Source: a virus
Taxonomy: Duplodnaviria > Caudoviricetes
Strand: one strand, 5' to 3'
Virus record (IMG/VR): IMGVR_UViG_3300042013_000067
Location: 192,001 to 256,000 of that record
Length of the DNA stretch: 64,000 nucleotides
The position numbers and the translations under genes are program-made. Shown piece by piece: positions 46,881 through 54,486 of the stretch (positions are counted from its first letter, which is position 1; each line of letters opens with the position of its first letter). The notes under the pieces were generated by a model. The model ran no database searches. It saw only the letters and a list, made by a program, of their open reading frames with translations, and was not told where the DNA came from.

Positions 46881-47077
46881 CCAATCCAAACAACTGCGAT
46901 ACTTGCGACTATAAAAAGATACGGGGTCCTTAAGACGACCCAAAGCAATACTGCTACATGTTTTATGATCCGCCCAACGAACAGTGCATGCAGCACACTG
47001 GGCACCGTGAGGTCGACCTAACTATCGGCGGCTTACTACGGTCCTTACTGAACCGACCCAAGAAGGACATTCCATGA
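46877..47077 (+). pseudogene. 66-codon Cys/His-rich gene interrupted by an in-frame TAA at 46931
   Basis: ATGA overlaps at both ends; reads MTNPNNCDTCDYKKIRGP*DDPKQYCYMFYDPPNEQCMQHT... Confidence 0.65.
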
Positions 47078-47691
47078 CCACAGTTGTACTGACCCCAGAT
47101 TATATCTTGGCTGACTGCCGACTGACCAGTACCATCCACGTAAAGGATGAAGCGGGCAACGCCGTCACGTTGCGTGGTACTACCGATGATTACTGCAAGA
47201 TCGGTGACCTGAACCTGCGCGAACCGAATGATGGGGGCGACATCGAACCTTACGTTACCTTCGGTGATGTTGAGTTAGCCCGGAGTATGGTGCAGTTGGT
47301 TAAAGCAACTACCTTTAACAACATCGATGCAGTCCTGTCCGCATTCAGTCGCTTTAAGATCGAGATGCCGTCGGTACCTACTGGGTTCGCATGGGTGTCT
47401 GAGGCGGGCATTGCAGGCTACTTGATCTTTGAGAACGGCGGCTATCGTTTGATGCGCGTACCGGAAGGTACCGCTGTGGTAACGCTCGGTAGCGGTCGTG
47501 AACTGTTCTACGAACACTTCAACACCCACCGCGACATCGAAACGGCCTTCTACCATGCCTTGGCCAATGACCCACATTCTTCGGATCGCGTGTATGATCA
47601 GTGGGATCGCGAGACGGGCGTCGTTAGCCGTACCCAATTACCCGATGGGATCGTCCAGACGTTGGAAGAGCTGGTTAGCTCTACTTCCTAA
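47074..47691 (+). CDS. second Ntn-hydrolase (HslV-like) peptidase paralogue
   Basis: MTTVV...ILAD, CKI, LGSG, A..NDPHSS; AAGGA RBS. Confidence 0.6.
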   Translation: MTTVVLTPDYILADCRLTSTIHVKDEAGNAVTLRGTTDDYCKIGDLNLREPNDGGDIEPYVTFGDVELARSMVQLVKATTFNNIDAVLSAFSRFKIEMPSVPTGFAWVSEAGIAGYLIFENGGYRLMRVPEGTAVVTLGSGRELFYEHFNTHRDIETAFYHALANDPHSSDRVYDQWDRETGVVSRTQLPDGIVQTLEELVSSTS

Positions 47692-48164
47692 TGGACTCCC
47701 AACTGATCGTAGTGGACTTTAGCAAGGTCAAACGGCAGATTGACTTCCGTGGACTTACGGGGTTTACCACCGACACCGTGAGCTACTATAGGGACGATCT
47801 GTTTGATGATTTCTCAGCGTATCTGTTTAACTACGAGCGTTGGGGCGAACGTCCACTGTTCCAACTGGTCTTCTTGTTCACAGGGCAGCCAGAACCTAAC
47901 GGAGTGCTGGTTAATTCCGTTGAGGTAAACGAAATCGTACTACGGTCCAGCCTGCGCTATGCGGCATGGGTTAAGGGTCAATTGGTTGCAGTGACCCATA
48001 ACGGCAATCGTACCATATGTGGCTTTGCCTCTACCGAAAAATACCCCGACCTAGGCAATACGTTGAACTGGTTAGTGGAACCAATCGTGGAGAAACAAGA
48101 TGCGGAACCTTGCAGTGGAGAAGATCCAGCAGAAACGCCAACAGCGCCAGTTTCTGGCGGCTAA
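47691..48164 (+). CDS. hypothetical protein
   Basis: TAATG overlap, 157 aa. Confidence 0.7.
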   Translation: MDSQLIVVDFSKVKRQIDFRGLTGFTTDTVSYYRDDLFDDFSAYLFNYERWGERPLFQLVFLFTGQPEPNGVLVNSVEVNEIVLRSSLRYAAWVKGQLVAVTHNGNRTICGFASTEKYPDLGNTLNWLVEPIVEKQDAEPCSGEDPAETPTAPVSGG

Positions 48165-48231
48165 TGTTGCTGTGATTGCTGGCGGTGTCAGCTACGCGTT
48201 GTTCGAATTGTTTAAGCCGTTCTTACACTGA
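48100..48231 (+). CDS. 43-aa membrane peptide
   Basis: GGAG RBS; MRNLAVEKIQQKRQQRQFLAANVAVIAGGVSYALFELFKPFLH (basic stretch plus TM helix). Confidence 0.55.
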   Translation: MRNLAVEKIQQKRQQRQFLAANVAVIAGGVSYALFELFKPFLH

Positions 48232-48463
48232 AGGAAAAGTTTACACATTCTGTAATGATATGTGGAAGCACCCTCAAATGCGAACACACGTTCTTTAAAA
48301 CCCAGGCAACACCCCTAAGGCGAGCTTCGCCCTCGTCAATTACCCTTATCGTACCAGCGTTTAAGGGCAGGTAAACTAGAAGAGCTGAGATCCCGCATAT
48401 GGCAGCTGGCCGTAGTGCGTCCGATCGAAGTCTGAAGGGGCACCTCTAGCGTACAAAGCGTAG

Positions 48464-48493
48464 CCCGCCCCACAGGGGCGGGTCTATGTCCGC
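48464..48493 (+). terminator. nested-palindrome terminator
   Basis: CCCGCCCC-aca-GGGGCGGG-tCTATGTCCGC. Confidence 0.7.
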
Positions 48494-48511
48494 TCAACTA
48501 TAATTCACGTC

Positions 48512-48519
48512 TATATTAC
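48512..48519 (+). promoter_or_regulatory. early promoter motif TATATTAC
   Basis: Exact motif just after a terminator. Confidence 0.65.
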
Positions 48520-48542
48520 AAACGTGAATCTCCACATCTACG

Positions 48543-48938
48543 GTGACCATTATGCGTGCCCGTTGCACTACGATGCAAGAAATGAAAGCGTACACCTGTG
48601 AAGAACCCGGTTGTAAGTTTGCCCCATCGTATCAGGTGATAGAAGGTACCGATTCTCGCTACTTCTGTAGCGATCATTATGCCGACTTCCAGCATACGCA
48701 GGTACAGGCGCATGCCAAGCAGTACTGTGAGCTCTGCGGGAACCAGTCTCCTGAGTTCTTTGATTCACCGAAGTTTGGTGATGCCGATCCCAGCAAACGT
48801 TATAAAGTTTGTGTGGGTTGTCGGGACGAGCAGGAAGAACTAGCGGCTGCTGAGTTTGCTATTGAAGAAGAACCACCAGTCAAAGATGACGAGGACGATC
48901 GTCCTAATCTCGATGACTCTAAATACGACGAGTTCTAA
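48543..48938 (+). CDS. Zn-finger-like protein with acidic C-terminus (start uncertain)
   Basis: Several CxxC/CxxH motifs; D/E-rich tail. Confidence 0.7.
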   Translation: MTIMRARCTTMQEMKAYTCEEPGCKFAPSYQVIEGTDSRYFCSDHYADFQHTQVQAHAKQYCELCGNQSPEFFDSPKFGDADPSKRYKVCVGCRDEQEELAAAEFAIEEEPPVKDDEDDRPNLDDSKYDEF

Positions 48939-48939
48939 C

Positions 48940-49305
48940 ATGCATGCGAACACTAAAGTCCCAGTACACGACGTCAACTTTCGCATTACGGTAGATGGAC
49001 GAGACCGGGTAGCGCCGGCGGAAATGGTGTCGACGTCTGATCCTCACGATGCATATGCCACCCTCTGTACACTGCTGGGTTACTGCACCGCTCAACTCAA
49101 TAGCGGTAACGGTGTAGAATATCGAGTGGAGATCCGACTCGAAGAGCTTAGCTCGGCACAGATTGCACGCCTGTATGGTCTGATGCCCCATACCGCTCAT
49201 GTGCTTCGAGCAGATCTTAGTGAGCACCGGGTGAAAGCTGCGGTATCTGACTACAGCATCACATTCAATCGCATCCGGAGTAAGGGTGATGAACAAAAAA
49301 CCTGA
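48940..49305 (+). CDS. hypothetical protein
   Basis: ATG right after the upstream stop. Confidence 0.7.
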   Translation: MHANTKVPVHDVNFRITVDGRDRVAPAEMVSTSDPHDAYATLCTLLGYCTAQLNSGNGVEYRVEIRLEELSSAQIARLYGLMPHTAHVLRADLSEHRVKAAVSDYSITFNRIRSKGDEQKT

Positions 49306-49759
49306 CTTACAATCTGACTTCGACCGTTATGTCGGCATGCCCGGTATCGCTAAGGGCATTGCCCTCTTAAAGGCTAACGGCACCCCAACCGAACAACTCG
49401 AAGACTTCGTTTCGATGTTCGCTATGGACGATGTCGCGTATCTGGAGGTGCGATGGTTACCCGAAGATCCACCACGATGGGTACTCGTAACCAAGCATTT
49501 CATTATCGGTTCATATCACCCCACACCGGAGCGGGATATCTCCTTTCGGGGACATATGGAAATCATGGAGGGTATCCGGACATTTCAGAGTGGCTACGGC
49601 GCGGATAACGTATTGGCCTTGTTCGCACAACACTGTATTTTCGAGGATACGGACTGCTTTACTATCCATGGGAACCCCGCGGGCCTAACGTATACATGGT
49701 CACTGCAAACATCACGCCATAATTTCGCATCCAAGCCACAGTGCTACGAGGCATCATGA
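49286..49759 (+). CDS. hypothetical protein
   Basis: GGAG RBS, 157 aa. Confidence 0.75.
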   Translation: MMNKKPDLQSDFDRYVGMPGIAKGIALLKANGTPTEQLEDFVSMFAMDDVAYLEVRWLPEDPPRWVLVTKHFIIGSYHPTPERDISFRGHMEIMEGIRTFQSGYGADNVLALFAQHCIFEDTDCFTIHGNPAGLTYTWSLQTSRHNFASKPQCYEAS

Positions 49760-50076
49760 CCACAGTCACATACTCACTGTCCGATGGAGATAATCAAGTC
49801 CCCATCGATGCGTACGGACCTTTGACTTCAGTACTGGGTGATGAGCCAGGTGCATTGCGTAGCATTGCCTACGCTGTAGGGTCTGCTGTTGCACATCTGC
49901 GTAACAACCCACAGCTGACCAGCTTGCGCCTGTCCATCCACGGGGCCGTAACCGGGGCTGAGCATCGCATGGTCAATGACTACATGGGTAAGTCACTGAT
50001 GCACCTGTACAACCGTACCCGCAACACCGACGTATTCAGTTTCGATCATGAAACACTTACCCTCACCATCTACTAA
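49756..50076 (+). CDS. hypothetical protein
   Basis: ATGA overlap, GAGG RBS. Confidence 0.75.
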   Translation: MTTVTYSLSDGDNQVPIDAYGPLTSVLGDEPGALRSIAYAVGSAVAHLRNNPQLTSLRLSIHGAVTGAEHRMVNDYMGKSLMHLYNRTRNTDVFSFDHETLTLTIY

Positions 50077-50088
50077 CTAGGGACAAGC

Positions 50089-50601
50089 ATGCTAAGCACA
50101 AACAACCGCCCGGCATTCGATACACTGTTTCACCGTCAGTTGAGTTTTATCGATTTCGACCGTAACGTCACCGTCTGCTCAGTCAACACCGAACTCACGC
50201 TGGCAGACGTTGGGGTAATTGTCAAGGCGCGTGCTAACCTCGGCAATTATGCATTCGTACCACATACCGCCAAACTGACGGAAAACAAGAAGGGTGTGAC
50301 TTGGATCATTATTCCATCGCATCAGGGTTGGGTCGCCGTCAGTGACGAAGCCAAGATGAGTTGGAGTGCTTCTTACCATACTCGTTTGATGGAGCTCGGG
50401 GATGTGGATTTCGACGACCTACAGACCCTAGTGGTGTGTGCGATCACCTGTGGTGTGCCGCTACAACGGCTGATGGAATACCTTGTTCGTAGCGACGTTG
50501 AACCCCGCCATGTCTACACTGAAATCATCGAAATTATGCGTGAAGCCATTAATCTCATTGGTGGTACGCGCTTAAAGCGTGAGCTTTACCGTACGCATTA
50601 A
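50089..50601 (+). CDS. hypothetical protein
   Basis: 170 aa; last gene of the + strand block. Confidence 0.75.
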   Translation: MLSTNNRPAFDTLFHRQLSFIDFDRNVTVCSVNTELTLADVGVIVKARANLGNYAFVPHTAKLTENKKGVTWIIIPSHQGWVAVSDEAKMSWSASYHTRLMELGDVDFDDLQTLVVCAITCGVPLQRLMEYLVRSDVEPRHVYTEIIEIMREAINLIGGTRLKRELYRTH

Positions 50602-50651
50602 CGACATAAAGCCCCTCCCACACAGGGAGGGGTTTATGCCGCTTTTCTTTT
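50601..50651. terminator. bidirectional nested-palindrome terminator between convergent blocks
   Basis: ACGACATAAAGCCCCTCCC-acaca-GGGAGGGGTTTATGCCG plus U-tract. Confidence 0.85.
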
Positions 50652-51536
50652 TTACTTCACCGACGCATCGATGTAAGCAATGGCTGTACGTAGCCAGTTG
50701 TAGAACACATCGAACCCGATGTCTTTGCGTTTGTAGTAGTCAGACTCGTAACGGCTGGTGAACTGATACACATCGTGAATCAGCTTGAAGCACAGTTGCT
50801 GACTCTCGACATCATCCCGGTCGAAGGATGCCGTAGACAATACCCGCGCGCCTTCCTGACTGTAGAGATACCAGCGCTTGTTCAGCGTAGTCGCGTAGTT
50901 CTCTTCCCATTTCTTGTGGAAACCCATGTTGGTGAAGAAGCTATCGCACATGTACACCAGCGTGGCGACAAGCTTAGTGCAGCTTTCTTTGGTCAGCGCT
51001 GGCAGGCTAGCGCCTTCCTGACTGATGTCGTAGCTGGTGTCGACCACAGCAAACTTCGGTGTGGTGTACGACAAGTCACGCGCTTCAACGAAGGCCTTTA
51101 GTTTGGCTTTGTCGTTGTAGTGGTAAGCATTGACGAACTCGAAGGTGGGTTGAACACGAGCGAAGAACGGCTCGGCCATTGCCTGGTTCTTCTTAAACGC
51201 GTCGACCCAAGCATCAGACAGCTTACGCATGGCTGTGTTGTAGTCACCGGTGAATGCTTTACCAAACTTACCCAGCTTGACTTCACCTTCTACGAAGCGG
51301 CGTTTACCGAGCCACTCCGGACTCAGATAGGTCTTTTCCAACAGACCTTTGTTCAGACGGGGTTCACCCTTGTCATCGGTCAGCTTCGGTGGACGACCGT
51401 GGCGCATGTTACGCCATACGTCACCAATCGACTGGAAGAAACCTTCTTCCGATACGACCAGGTAGTCTTCGATGGAGACACGTTCGTCGCCGACCACGCC
51501 GATATTGGCGTTTAAGAAATCAACAGGATTTTCCAT
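50652..51536 (-). CDS. virion (internal head) structural protein, phiKZ-like, with processed propeptide
   Basis: Acidic leader ending VVSEE|GFF (S-x-E site); paralogue of 51536..52555 (LEKTYL.P.WL, C-terminal IDASVK). Confidence 0.7.
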   Translation of the reverse strand: MENPVDFLNANIGVVGDERVSIEDYLVVSEEGFFQSIGDVWRNMRHGRPPKLTDDKGEPRLNKGLLEKTYLSPEWLGKRRFVEGEVKLGKFGKAFTGDYNTAMRKLSDAWVDAFKKNQAMAEPFFARVQPTFEFVNAYHYNDKAKLKAFVEARDLSYTTPKFAVVDTSYDISQEGASLPALTKESCTKLVATLVYMCDSFFTNMGFHKKWEENYATTLNKRWYLYSQEGARVLSTASFDRDDVESQQLCFKLIHDVYQFTSRYESDYYKRKDIGFDVFYNWLRTAIAYIDASVK

Positions 51537-52555
51537 TACTTCACCGATGCATCAATGAGTCGAGCGTAAGCTCGGATGATCGAATCAACATGACGCACGT
51601 GGAATGCGATCGTGCGATTCGGAATGTTGTAGACGGTCTTCATCAGATCGAACATCCGATCCTGTGCGTCGGTGTCGATGTCAGCGGACGGGTTGGCGAT
51701 GGTCTGATCTTGGGCATCGTTCTGGTATTCTTCCAGAGTATCCATGTAAGCGTCGACGGCTTTGAAACCTTTGAGGTTAGCAAAATCGTTACGCAATTCA
51801 GCCAGCACATCGAGGGCCTCAGACATTTTGATGATACCCTGAGCCGAGCTGGTGATCTCTGCCACGGTCAACGCAGGACGTTGGTACTGTTTGAGCTTGC
51901 TCGCTGCAAACGGTTTGTCGCTATCGACCGACATGGTCAGGATGCGCTGAATATGGGTGTTACCGAACTGGGTGCGGTAGTCCACGGTCAGGCGTACCTG
52001 CGATCGCTCCAGAGCCTCGGTCACTGCCTCAACTTCGAAAAGGTTCAGGTCCTCCACGTCGTTGATGTTAACCTTACGCATGATGCGTTGCAGTTCTAGG
52101 TCGACATGGCGCAAGTATTGCGAGTAGGCCTCAGACACCTTACGCAGTTTTGTGAGGAAGTCTTCGATGGGTGCAGACAGATCACCAGTTTCAATCACAC
52201 CGTCGATACCGATGTAGTCGTGGCTACCGTCTAGACGCAGCTGTGTGCCTTGACGCAGAACGCGCTTAGACAACCAATCGGGATTCAGATAGGTCTTTTG
52301 CAGTGCTGCCACAATCGTGCTACGACGACCAGTCCAGCCACCAGTCATGGCACCCACACCGGGCTTACCCGGTTCAGACAGCCACAGCCAGAAGCTCTTC
52401 AGCACATCGGTAAAGCCTTCTTGGGAAACGGTCGTGTCACCCTCTGTGCCAAACAACTGATCGATGTGTGCTTCAACCGGCACCACCGCATCGGTTGCGG
52501 CGATGGCGTTCTCATTAAGGTAGTTTTCAATATCCACTTTAGCCCCCTTGGGCAC
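51536..52555 (-). CDS. virion (internal head) structural protein, phiKZ-like
   Basis: Leader ending VSQE|GF; LQKTYLNPDWL; C-terminal LIDASVK. Confidence 0.7.
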   Translation of the reverse strand: MPKGAKVDIENYLNENAIAATDAVVPVEAHIDQLFGTEGDTTVSQEGFTDVLKSFWLWLSEPGKPGVGAMTGGWTGRRSTIVAALQKTYLNPDWLSKRVLRQGTQLRLDGSHDYIGIDGVIETGDLSAPIEDFLTKLRKVSEAYSQYLRHVDLELQRIMRKVNINDVEDLNLFEVEAVTEALERSQVRLTVDYRTQFGNTHIQRILTMSVDSDKPFAASKLKQYQRPALTVAEITSSAQGIIKMSEALDVLAELRNDFANLKGFKAVDAYMDTLEEYQNDAQDQTIANPSADIDTDAQDRMFDLMKTVYNIPNRTIAFHVRHVDSIIRAYARLIDASVK

Positions 52556-52607
52556 GTTAAAACAATTGCTACATACTTGTTAATGTGGCGCTAACCGTGA
52601 ATATCCA

Positions 52608-54434
52608 CTACACAGCAGGTGAAACATGACTCTCCCTCAGGTAAGCCCAGTCTGTGCCAATCACACCACCGGAACCTGTGGTTAATCGCTTATGCCCTAT
52701 GAGTAGCATCGAGTTGGCATCAATACCACCGTCCGTGCGTTCCACCAAGTCCCCTTGGATAAAGGAACCGGCGTTACCAGGCAACGCATCCGACACCAGC
52801 TTGATTCGACTACCGACAAAGCGAATGAAACTACCCATGCTGTTGATGGTGTTCATACCGCCAGCTGTGCGGGTTAACCACGGTATCCCATTAACTGCTA
52901 TACCGTTATCGAACATGAACGTACTACCTAGCGTGTGGATATCCACGTAGTGGGTATACGTCCCTGCTACGGTGCCACGGTAGAGTCGAATGATCCCATG
53001 GCGTGGGGATGTTGCAAAACCCACGTTGAGCACGTTCATCTTGTCCGCTACAGCAGTAAGACTGGCTTCGGCGTTAACTGGGTTGCGACCAAGCGCCCGA
53101 CCGGCGTCGTAGAGTACCTGTACGTTGTAGTAATAGGTACCGACGGCTGCTTTCCATTGATCCACCCCAGTCTTGCGAGTACCCACGGTTTCCACACGTG
53201 ATGACGCGATACCTTGGAACGCAGCATCAGCCATACGCACGCCGTAATCCAGCGATACGATGTTGGGGATGTCTACGACGCTTTTACGCGAGGTCAGGTA
53301 TGAATAGTTGTTGAAGCTAGGGATCGGTGTTACGCCGTCGGTTTGACAGATACGAATGCCAGCATGTTGATCTCGTTGGAAGTCACCCATCACGGTCCAT
53401 TCATGGGCAACGTTATCCACGGCCAAAGAAACAGAGTCACCTTGCTGTACATGGAAACCCGACCATTCCATCAGTCCTTCGACGTTCCTGAAACGGGTAT
53501 TCTGCAGCTTAACCGTATACCGCGACTCGTTTGAGGCCGAGGCAAACGTCCCTTGGGTGATGATTGGAATACGGGTATCTGGTAAGAACTGACTGTCCAC
53601 TGTTACGTTAGACGAATCGTAGATGTGCTGGGCGCGTTCGAAGTGACCGCCGATCAAGTTGATGTTGCCACACAGCTCGATCAAGTAATCCCCACCGATG
53701 CAGGCCTCTATGGTCCCACCTTGAATACCCCGAAGGCGCATGGCCTTCATGGACTCAGCTGTGGCCACTGTGTAAGGACAATGGATGTTCTTGGCCATGA
53801 AGCCGTCACCCAGACCCAGAATATCGAACTGATAGGCTAGGTTGTCTTGGGGATTCTCGGCAATGATGTCGCTTAAATGAAAGCTGTCGGTGTAGAAACC
53901 AGTCGGTCGCATGATGCTCTGGGTAAGACCATTGAATCGCATCTGCTCAAACTTACCTGAGCCAAAGCACTTGACGCCTTTTGCACCAGGGACTGCATTG
54001 GGGTTAGTAAAGTTGCAACGGCGAAAACCACCGGTGTTCATGTTCGGATAAGGTGTCGTCCAAGTAACACCATCAGCGGTGTTGATCATGAACAGGCACC
54101 CGTCCATGTATGCCCCACCTAGATGGTAGAAGGATACGTTCCGTGATTCACAATCGACCCAGAATCCCGCTGGTAAGAATGCCGTAGTCGTTAACCCATA
54201 GTCGCCATCGGGAACGAAGACCGTAAGTTTACCTGCAGCTACTACCCGAGCAAAAGCCGGTTGCCAGTTAATACCATCAGCAGGGCGCCAGAAGTCAACC
54301 AGACTGGGTGTTTCATCCAGTCGACCTGCAATGGTCCGTTCGTTATACCCAACCTCCTGTGCCCCGTTCGGACCTAGTAACGCTAACAGGTTGGGTACGA
54401 GTTTTGCCAATTTAGTCATAGCACCGATTGACAT
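52608..54434 (-). CDS. tailspike / polysaccharide depolymerase (beta-helix), class II N-terminus
   Basis: SLVDF..DG.NWQPAF..V.A...VFVPDGDY pectate-lyase-3-like entry; G/N-rich beta-helix; GAGGT RBS. Confidence 0.8.
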   Translation of the reverse strand: MSIGAMTKLAKLVPNLLALLGPNGAQEVGYNERTIAGRLDETPSLVDFWRPADGINWQPAFARVVAAGKLTVFVPDGDYGLTTTAFLPAGFWVDCESRNVSFYHLGGAYMDGCLFMINTADGVTWTTPYPNMNTGGFRRCNFTNPNAVPGAKGVKCFGSGKFEQMRFNGLTQSIMRPTGFYTDSFHLSDIIAENPQDNLAYQFDILGLGDGFMAKNIHCPYTVATAESMKAMRLRGIQGGTIEACIGGDYLIELCGNINLIGGHFERAQHIYDSSNVTVDSQFLPDTRIPIITQGTFASASNESRYTVKLQNTRFRNVEGLMEWSGFHVQQGDSVSLAVDNVAHEWTVMGDFQRDQHAGIRICQTDGVTPIPSFNNYSYLTSRKSVVDIPNIVSLDYGVRMADAAFQGIASSRVETVGTRKTGVDQWKAAVGTYYYNVQVLYDAGRALGRNPVNAEASLTAVADKMNVLNVGFATSPRHGIIRLYRGTVAGTYTHYVDIHTLGSTFMFDNGIAVNGIPWLTRTAGGMNTINSMGSFIRFVGSRIKLVSDALPGNAGSFIQGDLVERTDGGIDANSMLLIGHKRLTTGSGGVIGTDWAYLRESHVSPAV

Positions 54435-54462
54435 ACGTTCACCTCAAAAGTTTAGGGGGTTA

Positions 54463-54480
54463 GGGGAGGCTAGCCTCCCC
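54463..54480 (-). terminator. intergenic hairpin between tailspike genes
   Basis: GGGGAGGC-ta-GCCTCCCC. Confidence 0.5.
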
Positions 54481-54486
54481 CTCCAG

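Noticed and set aside
46931-46933. Genome-wide stop-codon reassignment
   Set aside because: TAA, TGA and TAG all terminate well-supported genes, and long genes have no internal stops
27595-48500. tRNA or tmRNA genes in intergenic gaps
   Set aside because: No cloverleaf with a T-loop GTTCRA and acceptor stem was recognised by eye; tRNAscan/ARAGORN would be needed for certainty
5993-50651. Repeated hairpins as a CRISPR array or MITE/REP transposable family
   Set aside because: They are dispersed singly at gene ends with variable inner stems; there is no regular spacing, cas gene, transposase or target-site duplication
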